In this document: positions 47,850 through 57,080 of the stretch, piece by piece
Layout of the letters: each line of letters begins with the position of its first letter
How positions within the stretch are numbered: position 1 is the first letter of the stretch
The notes under the pieces: model-generated
The model's input: the letters and a program-made list of their open reading frames with translations, nothing else
Database searches by the model: none
Told to the model about the DNA's origin: nothing
Source of the DNA: Thermoleophilia bacterium
GTDB taxonomy: Bacteria > Actinomycetota > Thermoleophilia > Gaiellales > Gaiellaceae
DNA: 64,000 bases
Assembly (NCBI GenBank): GCA_031393705.1
Contig: JANMWB010000078.1
Location: forward strand, 879-64,878
Direction: 5' to 3'
Made by a program: the position numbers and the translations under genes

Positions 47850-49082
47850 TTGTCGAAGATCGCCGATCCCGGGCTAGCGCCGGAAGGGCATCGGCGCATC
47901 GAGTGGGCGCGCCGCCACATGCCGGTGCTCGCCGCGCTCCGTGAGCGGCTCGGAGACGGCGCCCTTCAGGGGCGGAAGCTCGCCGTCGTCGTGCACCTCG
48001 AAGCGAAGACCGCCTGTCTCGTGCTTGCGCTGCAGGAGGCGGGTGCGCAGGTCGTCGCCGCGGGCAGCAACGCGCTCTCGACGCAGGACGCGGTCTGCGC
48101 GGCACTCGTCGAGCGAGGGATCGAAGTGCACGCGCGTCACGGCGTGTCGCAGAGCGAGTTCACGGCCGACCTGCTCGCGGTCGCCGAGACCGGGCCGGAG
48201 CTCGTGATCGACGACGGCCTCGAGCTGACCCGGCGCACCGCGGAGCACCGCCCGGATCTGTACGCGCAGCTGCAAGGCGTCAGCGAGGAGACGACGACGG
48301 GCGTCGCGCGGCTCCGTGCGCTCGAGGCCGAGGGGCGCCTGCCGTTCCCAGCGATCGCAGCGAACGACGCCAAGTGCAAGCACATGTTCGACAACCCGTA
48401 CGGCACCGGCCAGACGACGCTGACCGCGTTGCTCGCGCTCACCAATGTGCTCGCCGCCGGTCGCGAGTTCTGCATCGTCGGTTACGGCTGGGTCGGTAAG
48501 GGCCTCGCGCGTGCCGCGGACGGTCTCGGCGGGCGGGTCACTGTCGTCGAGCTCGATCCCGTGCGGGCGCTGACGGCGCACATGGACGGTTACCGCGTCG
48601 CCTCGCTTGTGAACGCGCTGCCCGATGCGGACGTCGTGCTCACGGCAACGGGGCTGATCGAGGCGGTCGGCGCCGGAGCGTTTCCGTATCTGAAGGACGG
48701 CGTGCTGCTTGCGAACGCCGGGCACCACGACCGCGAGATCGACGTGCCGGCACTTGCTGCGGAGGCTGACGAGGCGATCGATGCGCGGCCGAAGGTCAAG
48801 ACCTATGTCCTCGGCGAGCGGCGTGTGAACGTGCTCGTCGACGGTGCGCTCGTCAACATCGCCGGCCTCGACGGCAACCCGATCGAGATCATGGATCTAT
48901 CCTTCTCGGTGCAGGCGCTGTCGGTGCATCTGCTCGCCTCGGGCAGCGTCCCGCCCGGCCTCAATCGCTTCCCCGACGAGCTCGACGATCTGATCGCCCG
49001 GACGAAGCTCGCGACGCTCGGTATCGAGCTCGACGACCCGACCGAGACGCAGTTGAAGTTCCGCGCCTCCTGGGCCGTCTAG
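47850..49082 (+). CDS. ahcY: Adenosylhomocysteinase (short form)
   Basis: GVSEETTTGV, DNPYGTGQT and NAD-binding GYGWVGKG. TTG 47850 is the only canonical start that retains the conserved N-terminal segment. Confidence 0.92.
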   Translation: MSKIADPGLAPEGHRRIEWARRHMPVLAALRERLGDGALQGRKLAVVVHLEAKTACLVLALQEAGAQVVAAGSNALSTQDAVCAALVERGIEVHARHGVSQSEFTADLLAVAETGPELVIDDGLELTRRTAEHRPDLYAQLQGVSEETTTGVARLRALEAEGRLPFPAIAANDAKCKHMFDNPYGTGQTTLTALLALTNVLAAGREFCIVGYGWVGKGLARAADGLGGRVTVVELDPVRALTAHMDGYRVASLVNALPDADVVLTATGLIEAVGAGAFPYLKDGVLLANAGHHDREIDVPALAAEADEAIDARPKVKTYVLGERRVNVLVDGALVNIAGLDGNPIEIMDLSFSVQALSVHLLASGSVPPGLNRFPDELDDLIARTKLATLGIELDDPTETQLKFRASWAV

Positions 49083-49092
49083 GGTCTGCCTC

Positions 49093-49998
49093 GTGTCTGC
49101 GCCGGAAAACCCACGGCCTGTCGCGATCATCGGCGCAGGCCTCGACCTCGGCGCCGGTCGGCGCGGCGTCGACATGGGGCCGTCCGCGATCCGGTACGCG
49201 GGCCTCGAGTCGCGTGTCCGAGCCCTCGGGCGTGAGGTCGCGGACTGGGGTGATGTCCGGTCGCCCGTGCCGGAGGCGACCGAGGAGGGCGACGAGAGCT
49301 GCCGGTATCTCGCCCCGATCAAGCAGGCGTGCGAGAAGGTCGGCGTGCTTGTTGCGGACGCGGTCGAGCAGGGCTTCGTGCCGCTGGTCCTCGGGGGCGA
49401 CCATTCGATCGCGATGGGGACACTCGGTGGCATGGCCAAGGCGCGCGGTGCGGGGGCAGCCCTGTGGATCGACGCGCACGGCGATCTCAACCGGCCGAGC
49501 ACCTCGCCGAGCGGCAACGTCCACGGCATGCCGCTGGCCGCCGCGCTCGGCGTCGCGGGCGAAGCGTTCGCGAGCGACGTCTATCCGACGCCGTCAGTGA
49601 CGCGTGCCGCGTTGATCGGCATTCGCTCGCTCGACCCGGGTGAGCGCGCATTGATCGGCGAGCTCGACATCCGCGTGTACACGATGAACGAGGTCGACAG
49701 GCTCGGGATGGAGCGCGTGCTCCAGGAGTCGCTCGAGTTTCTCGCCGATGCGCCGTTTCTCCACCTGAGCCTCGACCTCGACGCCGTCGACCCGATGTTC
49801 GCGCCCGGCGTCGGCACACCGGTGCGCGGCGGCCTCTCCTACCGCGAGGCGCACCTCGCGATGGAGTTGCTCGCAGAGTCGAACCGGCTCGATTCGCTCG
49901 AGGTCGTCGAGGTCAACCCGATCCTCGACCGCGAGAACGAGACCGGGGCGCTCGCCGTCGAGCTGGTTGCGAGCGCGCTCGGCGCGCGCATTCTCTAA
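49093..49998 (+). CDS. rocF: Arginase
   Basis: GGDHSIA, DAHGD, SLDLDAVDP manganese-ligand motifs. N-terminal IIGAGLDLGAGRRGVDMGP. Assignment within the ureohydrolase family is from pattern only. Confidence 0.85.
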   Translation: MSAPENPRPVAIIGAGLDLGAGRRGVDMGPSAIRYAGLESRVRALGREVADWGDVRSPVPEATEEGDESCRYLAPIKQACEKVGVLVADAVEQGFVPLVLGGDHSIAMGTLGGMAKARGAGAALWIDAHGDLNRPSTSPSGNVHGMPLAAALGVAGEAFASDVYPTPSVTRAALIGIRSLDPGERALIGELDIRVYTMNEVDRLGMERVLQESLEFLADAPFLHLSLDLDAVDPMFAPGVGTPVRGGLSYREAHLAMELLAESNRLDSLEVVEVNPILDRENETGALAVELVASALGARIL

Positions 49999-51302
49999 GC
50001 CGACGTTTCATCGCGTGTCGCGGGTTGCGCTGTAGCGCTCCGTTCCACCTCGACCTCGTCGCCGATCCCCGAGGGCTCGTAGTAGACGGTGCCGGCGAGT
50101 TTCTCCGGCAGGCAATCCACCTCGAAGCCTGCTTCGTTCGCGTGCGGATAGATGTAGCCTTCGCCGCGACCGAGCTTCTTGGCGCCGGCGTACGCGGCCG
50201 AGCGCAGCGCCGCGGGCGGCATCAGGTGGCCGTGCTCGCGCACGTGCTGCGTCGCTTTCCCGATCGCGACGTACGACGCGTTCGACTTCGGCGCGCGCGC
50301 GAGGTAGATCGCAGCCTGCGCGAGGTTGAGCCGTGCCTCCGGCAGTCCGACGTGCTCGACGGCCTGTGCTGCTGCGACCGCGACGAGCAGTGCTTGCGGA
50401 TCCGCGTTGCCGATGTCCTCGGAGGCGAGCACGATCATGCGCCGCACGATGAAGCGTGCGTCCTCGCCGCCTTCGAGCATCGCGGCGAGGTAGTACACGG
50501 ATGCCTGGACGTCTCCGGCACGTGTCGACTTGATCCACGCGGAAATGAAGTCGTAGTGTCGGTCGCCGCCTTTGTCGTAGGCAAGCGGCCGCTTCCGCGC
50601 CGCGTCGTCGACGTGACGCTCCTCGAGCGTCACACCCTCGGCCCGCGCTGTCTCGACGGACAGCTCGAGGATGTTGAGCGCGTTGCGCGCGTCGCCGCCC
50701 GCACGGCCGGCGATCAACTCTTCGATCTCCTCCGACACCTCGGCTTCCAACTCGGTGGCGCCGCGGCGAACGACGTCGATCAGCGTCTCGATCGAGTGTG
50801 GCTCGAGCTCGTACACCTGCGCGCGTGAGAGCAACGCCGAGTTCACCTCGAAGTACGGGTTCTCCGTCGTCGCGCCGATCAACGTCACGAGCCCCTCTTC
50901 GACGCCGGGCAGCAGCGCGTCCTGCTGCGCCTTGTTGAAGCGGTGGATCTCGTCGAGAAAGAGAATCGTGCGCCGGCTGCTCGTGCCGAGCCGCTCGCGG
51001 GCTTGCTTGAGCACCTCGCGCACGTTCGCCACCGTCGCTTGCACCGCGGAAAGCTCTTCGAACTCGGCACCGGTCGTCTGCGCGACGATGCGCGCCAACG
51101 TCGTCTTGCCGGAGCCCGGCGGCCCGTAGAGGATCATCGAGGGCACGCGATCCTGCTCGATCGCGAGGCGGAGCGCCCGCCCCGGCCCCACCACGTGATC
51201 CTGGCCGACGAAGTTGTCAAGCGTCGTAGGCCGCAGGCGCTGCGCGAGAGGTGCGGAGGCGCCGAGGCGGCGGCCCGCGGCCTCGGAAAAGAGGTCGCTC
51301 AC
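49995..51302 (-). CDS. rarA: Replication-associated recombination protein A (RarA/MgsA)
   Basis: Walker A GPPGSGKTT, LFLDEIHRFNK, and C-terminal MgsA domain YYLAAMLEGGEDARFIVRRM. Confidence 0.92.
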   Translation of the reverse strand: MSDLFSEAAGRRLGASAPLAQRLRPTTLDNFVGQDHVVGPGRALRLAIEQDRVPSMILYGPPGSGKTTLARIVAQTTGAEFEELSAVQATVANVREVLKQARERLGTSSRRTILFLDEIHRFNKAQQDALLPGVEEGLVTLIGATTENPYFEVNSALLSRAQVYELEPHSIETLIDVVRRGATELEAEVSEEIEELIAGRAGGDARNALNILELSVETARAEGVTLEERHVDDAARKRPLAYDKGGDRHYDFISAWIKSTRAGDVQASVYYLAAMLEGGEDARFIVRRMIVLASEDIGNADPQALLVAVAAAQAVEHVGLPEARLNLAQAAIYLARAPKSNASYVAIGKATQHVREHGHLMPPAALRSAAYAGAKKLGRGEGYIYPHANEAGFEVDCLPEKLAGTVYYEPSGIGDEVEVERSATAQPATRDETSA

Positions 51303-51325
51303 GCCGAAAGTATGCTCTTGGTGCG

Positions 51326-52093
51326 ATGAGCGAGGCGAGCGAGGTCTGGGGGAAGGGAACGTACGAGCGCTTTGCCGCGCGTCTGGCCCCGGTCCAGGAC
51401 GAGCTCGTTGGCCTCCTTCAGATCACCGCGGGCGAGCGCGTGCTCGACCTCGCGACCGGCACCGGCGAGGTCGCCGTGCGGGCGGCACGCTCCGGCGGTG
51501 TCGTCACCGGGATCGATATCGCCGAGCCGATGCTTGCGAAGGCTCGCGAGCGCGCGAAAGAGGAAGGAGCCGAGATCACGTTCGATCTCGGTGACGTCGA
51601 GTACCTCCCGTACGAGGACGCGTGCTTCGACGTCGTCGTCTCGAACTTCGGCGTCGTGTTCGCTCCCGACCACGCGAACGTCGCCTCGGAGCTCGCCCGC
51701 GTCGCCTGCCCGGGCGCGCGCCTCGGCTTCAGCGCCTGGAAGCCGAACCCGAAGCTCGGTGAGCTCTATCGCCGCTTCACCGAGGAGCCGATCGAGGGCC
51801 GCGAGGCCTACGAGTGGGGCCGTGAGGACCACGTCGAGGACATGCTTGGCGACGACTTCGAGCTCGAGTACGAAGACGGCACGCTCTGGTTGGAAGCGGA
51901 ATCGGGCGAGGAGATCTGGACGCTCTTCTCGGAATCTGCGCCGCCGGTGATCGCGCTGATCAAACAGCTCGACGACGGGAAGCGCGAGAAGTTCCACCAA
52001 GCCTTCGTCGAGCTCTACGAGAGTTACGCGACGACGGACGGCGGCATCCGCGCACCGCGCCGCTACCTGCTCGTCCTTGGCCGCCGGAAATGA
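51326..52093 (+). CDS. Class I SAM-dependent methyltransferase
   Basis: ATG 51326 within track ORF 51251..52093. VLDLATGTGEVAV motif I and FDVVVSNFGV. Confidence 0.8.
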   Translation: MSEASEVWGKGTYERFAARLAPVQDELVGLLQITAGERVLDLATGTGEVAVRAARSGGVVTGIDIAEPMLAKARERAKEEGAEITFDLGDVEYLPYEDACFDVVVSNFGVVFAPDHANVASELARVACPGARLGFSAWKPNPKLGELYRRFTEEPIEGREAYEWGREDHVEDMLGDDFELEYEDGTLWLEAESGEEIWTLFSESAPPVIALIKQLDDGKREKFHQAFVELYESYATTDGGIRAPRRYLLVLGRRK

Positions 52094-53370
52094 GCGAGGT
52101 CGCCGACCTTCTTCAGAAGCTGATTCGTCTCGACACGACGAATCCGCCGGGCAACGAGACACTGGCGGCAGAGCTGTTGCGCGACTACCTCGAGGCCGCC
52201 GGTGTCGAGTGCCGGCTGTACGCGCGTGTGCCCGAGCGCGCGAATCTCGTCGCGCGCATTCCTGGACGCGGCTCGGGCCCGACGCTCGCGCTGCTCTCGC
52301 ACACGGACGTCGTGCTCGCCGACGCGACCGAGTGGGAGCGGGATCCGTTCGGCGGCGAGCTCGTCGGCGACACGATCTGGGGTCGCGGCGCACTCGACAT
52401 GAAAGGAGAGGTGGCTGCCTCGGCCGTCGCGCTCGCCACGCTCGCGCGTGAAGGTTGGCGTGGCGACGGCGACCTGATCTTTATCGCAGCTGCAGACGAA
52501 GAGGTCGGCGCAGGCTTCGGCCTCGAGTGGCTCGTCCAGGAGCATCCGGATGCCGTGCGCGCGGACTTCTCGGTCAACGAGGGTGCGGGCGATCGCGTTG
52601 AGCTCGGCGGCAAAGTGTTGTACCTCTGTGCGACGGCCGAGAAGATGAGCTCGCCGTTTGTGTTGCGTGTGCATGGACGGAGCGGCCATGGGGCGATGCC
52701 GAGCATTGCCGACAACGCGCTCGTCAAGGCAGCGCCGCTGATCGAACGACTCGGTGTGTTCGAGGTCGAGGCGCGCTTGATCCCTGAGGTCGAGGGGTTT
52801 CTCGCCGCGTTGCTCGGTGAGATCCCACCCGCGCCGGACGCACTCGCGCGAGCGCGGGAGATCGCACCGCTCGCGGGCGAGTTGATCGAGCCGCTACTCG
52901 GGATGACCGTCGCGCCGACGAAGGCGCACGCCTCTGACAAGCGCAACGTGATTCCCGCGCTGTGCGAGATCACCGTCGACACGCGGCTGCTTCCGGGTCA
53001 GACGCCGGAGGAGGCGGAGGCGACGATCCGCGCGTGGCTCGGCGAGGGCGAGTACGAGCTCGTGAACACCGAGCGCTTCGGCGGCACGCGCTCGGCGATC
53101 GGGGGCCCGCTCTGGGACGCGGTGCAGTCGTTCGTCGAATCGGAGGAGCCGGGCGCGGCGGCTGCGCCGATCTGCGTTGCGGGCTTCACCGACTCGCACT
53201 GGATGCGCGAGGCGTTCGACACGGTCGCCTACGGTTTCTTCCCGTCGCGCGCGCTGGACTCTGAGACCGCCGCGCGGCTGATCCACTCGGCGAACGAACG
53301 CGTGCCGGTCTCCGACCTCGACCTGGGCGTGCGTTGGCTGCGGCACGCGGCGCAGACCGTCTGCGGTTGA
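52090..53370 (+). CDS. M20 family metallopeptidase (ArgE/DapE/CPG2-like)
   Basis: LLSHTDVV, GRGALDMKG and AADEEVG motifs. ATGA overlap with the upstream gene. Confidence 0.85.
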   Translation: MSEVADLLQKLIRLDTTNPPGNETLAAELLRDYLEAAGVECRLYARVPERANLVARIPGRGSGPTLALLSHTDVVLADATEWERDPFGGELVGDTIWGRGALDMKGEVAASAVALATLAREGWRGDGDLIFIAAADEEVGAGFGLEWLVQEHPDAVRADFSVNEGAGDRVELGGKVLYLCATAEKMSSPFVLRVHGRSGHGAMPSIADNALVKAAPLIERLGVFEVEARLIPEVEGFLAALLGEIPPAPDALARAREIAPLAGELIEPLLGMTVAPTKAHASDKRNVIPALCEITVDTRLLPGQTPEEAEATIRAWLGEGEYELVNTERFGGTRSAIGGPLWDAVQSFVESEEPGAAAAPICVAGFTDSHWMREAFDTVAYGFFPSRALDSETAARLIHSANERVPVSDLDLGVRWLRHAAQTVCG

Positions 53371-53372
53371 GC

Positions 53373-54425
53373 ATGCTTCAGCTGTACGAGGCCGACGGTG
53401 CGTTCGAGGCGCTCGAGGCATACCTCGCCGACGAGTTGCGCGAAGGGCTGGTCGCCGACGTCTATCTCGGCTATGGCCTGGGCGAGCCGCTGCGCCGCGA
53501 ACCGTCGCCCGCGCCGCCGGAGCCGTGTCCGCTGCCGCTCCTTGCTGCGCAGATCCGAGCTGCGCAGATCCGAGCCGCGCAGATCCGGCCTTGTGGTGAG
53601 TCAACACAATGTGGCTCGGGCTTTCGGCTCGGGGAGTGGGAGGCGACGTGGGCGCCCGAGGACTACGCGGCCGCGGTTGACGAGGTGCGCGCGGCGATCG
53701 CGCGCGGCGACGTCTACCAGGTGAACCTCGTGCAGCATCTCTCGGCACCGTTCGCCGGCAGCCCGTACGCGCTGGCGGCTGCGCTCGCGTCGTTGCGTCC
53801 GCTGCAGCCACGGCCGCTCGTCGGCGACGGTTGGGCGATCGTCTCCGCGTCGCCGGAGCTTTTCCTCGCCCGGCGCGGCGACCGCCTCGTGACGATGCCC
53901 ATCAAGGGCACGCGTCCGATCGGCGAGGACGTCGACGATGCGAAGGATGCGGCCGAGCACGTGATGATCGTCGACCTCGAGCGCAACGACCTCTCGCGGG
54001 TGTGCGAGGTCGGCTCGATCCGCTGGCCGGAGCTGATGGCGCAGCACGAGCTCGCCGGCGTGACCCATCTCGTGTCGACCGTCGAAGGTCGCGTGCGCGC
54101 CGACGCGACACTCGCCGACATCCTGCGAGCAACGTTCCCCGGCGGTTCGATCACCGGAGCGCCGAAAATCTCGGCGCTCGACCACATCGCGCGTCTCGAG
54201 CCCGTCGGGCGCGGCGCGTCGATGGGCGCGCTCGGGACGTTTCAGGCAAACGGAGACTTCGAGCTCGCGCTGACGATCCGCACCTTCGCCGTCGCACAGG
54301 GCCGCGCCCACCTCTGGGTCGGCGGCGGGATCGTCTGGGACTCCGATCCCGAGGCGGAGATCGAGGAGTCCTGGGTGAAGGCTCGCCCGCTGCTCGCCGC
54401 CGTGGGAGGATTGGTCCGCGCGTGA
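53373..54425 (+). CDS. pabB: Aminodeoxychorismate synthase component I (short chorismate-binding enzyme)
   Basis: ATG 53373. PIKGTRP, VDLERNDLSRV, FPGGSITGAPK and GGGIVWDSDPEAE. Followed by a class IV aminotransferase gene. Confidence 0.82.
   Translation: MLQLYEADGAFEALEAYLADELREGLVADVYLGYGLGEPLRREPSPAPPEPCPLPLLAAQIRAAQIRAAQIRPCGESTQCGSGFRLGEWEATWAPEDYAAAVDEVRAAIARGDVYQVNLVQHLSAPFAGSPYALAAALASLRPLQPRPLVGDGWAIVSASPELFLARRGDRLVTMPIKGTRPIGEDVDDAKDAAEHVMIVDLERNDLSRVCEVGSIRWPELMAQHELAGVTHLVSTVEGRVRADATLADILRATFPGGSITGAPKISALDHIARLEPVGRGASMGALGTFQANGDFELALTIRTFAVAQGRAHLWVGGGIVWDSDPEAEIEESWVKARPLLAAVGGLVRA
53544..53588 (+). repeat. In-frame 15-bp tandem repeat x3 (AAQIR x3) inside pabB
   Basis: GCTGCGCAGATCCGA at 53544-53558 and 53559-53573 (identical), GCCGCGCAGATCCGG at 53574-53588 (2 mismatches). 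In frame with ATG 53373. Confidence 0.9.
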
Positions 54426-55228
54426 AGCTGCTCGCGGTTGCAGTCGATGGCCGCGGGCTCGTCGATCCGGCGGAGCCGGTCTTCCGCGCCGACGACGAAG
54501 CGCTGCTTCGTGGCAGCGCGGCGTTCGAAACGCTGCCGGTCTACGGCGGGCAGCCGTTCGAGCTCACGCGCCACCTCGATCGCTTGCGGGGCTCGTTGCC
54601 GACGCTTGGGCTCGCACCGCTCGACGACGGGTCTGCCGAGTCACTGGTTGGTCTGTTGGTGGCGGAGGTCAGCGGCGACTTCGTTCTGCGCCTCTATCGC
54701 ACCGAAGCGACGCTCGTCGCAACCGCCGGGTCGATCCCGGCTGGGATCGACGAGCTTCGCGCCCGCGGTCTGCGGATGCACGTCGTCGAGACGGGCCTGC
54801 CGGCCGCGCTCGTCGCGGGAGCGAAGGCGACGAGCTACGCGCTCGCGCTCGCGGCGCTGCGCGAGGCTGAGCGCAACGGGCGCGATGACGCGCTCTTCGT
54901 CGCGAACGGGATCGTGCTCGAGGCGCCGATGTCGAACATCTGGTGGCGGCGCGGCAACGTCCTTTCGACGCCCGCAACCGGGCCCGGCGTGCTGCCGGGT
55001 GTGACGCGCGCAGTCGCGTTGGAGCTCGCCACGGAGGCGGGCTTCGAGGTACGGGAAGATCGGTTCCCGCTGACGGAGCTCGCAGGGGCAGAGGAGGTAT
55101 TCACCACCTCCTCGGTCCGAGAGGTGATGCCCGTCGTGTCCCTCGACGAGGCGACGGTCGGCGACGGCCGGCCAGGCCCTGCAGCCGCGCGGCTGCGGGA
55201 GGCACTCCGGCTACGCTCCCGACGGTGA
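54422..55228 (+). CDS. pabC: Aminodeoxychorismate lyase / class IV aminotransferase
   Basis: GTG 54422 (GTGA overlap with pabB). Fold-type IV pattern FETLPVYGG...HLDRL, NIWWRRGNVLSTP, ILPGVTR-like PGVLPGVTRAV. Confidence 0.78.
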   Translation: MKLLAVAVDGRGLVDPAEPVFRADDEALLRGSAAFETLPVYGGQPFELTRHLDRLRGSLPTLGLAPLDDGSAESLVGLLVAEVSGDFVLRLYRTEATLVATAGSIPAGIDELRARGLRMHVVETGLPAALVAGAKATSYALALAALREAERNGRDDALFVANGIVLEAPMSNIWWRRGNVLSTPATGPGVLPGVTRAVALELATEAGFEVREDRFPLTELAGAEEVFTTSSVREVMPVVSLDEATVGDGRPGPAAARLREALRLRSRR

Positions 55229-56007
55229 CCGAGTGGGTGCGGCTGGGTGGGTTGGCGCTCGCAAACGGCGTGCTCGTGCACGGCCCGCGGGCCTGGGCGT
55301 GCGCCGTGCGCACGACCGACGGCGAGCTGAAGGTCGTCGCCAGGCGCAAGCGCTTCCGTGCCGTCGACGTTCGCAGCCCCGTGCTTCGCGGGCCTGCCCG
55401 GATCGCTGAGGTGTTCGCGCTCCTGCCGCAGGTCAAGCGCGCATTGCCCGAGGCAGAACTGCCGATGCAGCGCCCGCGCGTGCTCTTCTCGATGGTCGGA
55501 AGCGCCGTCGTTCTTCGCGGCCTGCGCAGCTCCGGTCTGCGTCCGCTCACGCGTGAGCTCGTCACCGGCGTGCTTTCCGTCGCGCCCGCGGCGCTCGCGT
55601 TGCGCGGCGGTGACCTTGCGGCCTACCACGGCGCGGAACACGTCTCGATCGGGACGTACGAGCACGGCGAGTCGCGGCCCAAGGAGCACGAGCGCTGCGG
55701 CTCGCACCTGATCGGGCCGATGCTGCTGACGAGCGCCGCGGGCAACCTGCTGGCCGAGCAAGCGCCGAGACGCCTGCGACCTGCCGCCAAGCTCGCCGCC
55801 ACGATCGGCTCGCTCGCCGCGTCGGTCGAGATCTTCAACTGGATGGCGCGGAACGCCGAGCATCCGCTGGCGCGCGCGCTTGCCAAGCCAGGCCACGAGC
55901 TGCAGCACCGGCTCGGGACGCGCGAGCCGTCAGCCGATCAGCTCGAAGTTGCCGAGGCAGCACTGCGTGCATGTCTGCAGTTGGAAAGTGCAGGGCTTGA
56001 AGCGTGA
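55225..56007 (+). CDS. DUF1385 domain-containing membrane protein
   Basis: GTG 55225 (GTGA overlap). GGLALANGVLVHG N-terminus and the YHGAEH motif typical of DUF1385. Confidence 0.7.
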   Translation: MTEWVRLGGLALANGVLVHGPRAWACAVRTTDGELKVVARRKRFRAVDVRSPVLRGPARIAEVFALLPQVKRALPEAELPMQRPRVLFSMVGSAVVLRGLRSSGLRPLTRELVTGVLSVAPAALALRGGDLAAYHGAEHVSIGTYEHGESRPKEHERCGSHLIGPMLLTSAAGNLLAEQAPRRLRPAAKLAATIGSLAASVEIFNWMARNAEHPLARALAKPGHELQHRLGTREPSADQLEVAEAALRACLQLESAGLEA

Positions 56008-57080
56008 CGTCGACGCACAAGCGGCTCGATCCGGCGATCTTCGACCTCCCGGTCGAGAAGATGCGGGCCGGTTGGTACACGGACGCGTACTTCAATCACA
56101 CGCGTGCGACGCTGATCGAAGACGGCCGCCATCCGAACGTCGTCATGCAGGTATTCCAGAAGCGCCACGCATATCTCGGCGGCATGGACGAGGCGCTCGC
56201 GATCCTCAAGCTCTGCGCGGACACGTTCTCCGACCTGACCGTGCACGCGCTCTATGACGGCGATTCGATCGAGCCGTACGAATCGGTACTGACGATCGAA
56301 GGCGACTACACGGCATTCGCGCATCTCGAGACCGTGTACCTCGGCACGCTCTCGCGGCGGACGTTGATCACCACGAACACCGTCAACGTGCTCCGTGCGG
56401 CGAATGGGAAGCCGGTGATCTTCATGGCGGCTCGTCACGACCATCACCGCGTCCAGACGGGCGACGGCTACTCCGCGTACGTCGCAGGCCAGATCGTCGG
56501 TGCGCCGATCGGTGTCACAACCGACGAACAGGCGTCGTGGTGGGGCGGCACCGGGCTCGGCACCGTTCCACACTCGCTGATTGCGTCCTACGGCGGCGAC
56601 ACGGTCGCTGCCGCCAAGCATTTCGCCGAGTGGGCGCCCGACGACATGAACATAACGGTGCTCGTCGACTTCGAGAACGATTCGATTCGCACCGCGCTTG
56701 ACGTTGCGCGCGCGCTCGGGCCGCGCCTGTGGGGCGTGCGTCTCGATACCTCCGAAGCACTCGTCGATCGGTCGCTCTGGGAAGAGCTTGGCGACTTCAA
56801 GCCGACGGGCGTCAATCCACGGCTCGTCTGGAAGGTTCGCGAGGCTCTCGACGGCGAGGGGTTCGACTCGGTGCGCATCGTCGTCTCCGGCGGCTTCACC
56901 GTGGAGAAGATCGTCGAGTTCGAAGAGAGTGACGTGCCTGTCGACGCGTACGGCATCGGCTCGTCACTGATCCGCGGTTCGAACGACTTCACCGCGGACA
57001 TCGTGATGACCGACGGGACGCCGTCGGCGAAGGTCGGCCGTCACTACCGGCCGAGCCAGCGGCTCGAACTGGTCACGTGA
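56004..57080 (+). CDS. pncB: Nicotinate phosphoribosyltransferase (type II PRTase family)
   Basis: GTG 56004 (GTGA overlap). GWYTDAYFNHT N-terminus and GVRLDTS barrel motif. Adjacent to a nicotinamidase gene. Confidence 0.75.
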   Translation: MTSTHKRLDPAIFDLPVEKMRAGWYTDAYFNHTRATLIEDGRHPNVVMQVFQKRHAYLGGMDEALAILKLCADTFSDLTVHALYDGDSIEPYESVLTIEGDYTAFAHLETVYLGTLSRRTLITTNTVNVLRAANGKPVIFMAARHDHHRVQTGDGYSAYVAGQIVGAPIGVTTDEQASWWGGTGLGTVPHSLIASYGGDTVAAAKHFAEWAPDDMNITVLVDFENDSIRTALDVARALGPRLWGVRLDTSEALVDRSLWEELGDFKPTGVNPRLVWKVREALDGEGFDSVRIVVSGGFTVEKIVEFEESDVPVDAYGIGSSLIRGSNDFTADIVMTDGTPSAKVGRHYRPSQRLELVT

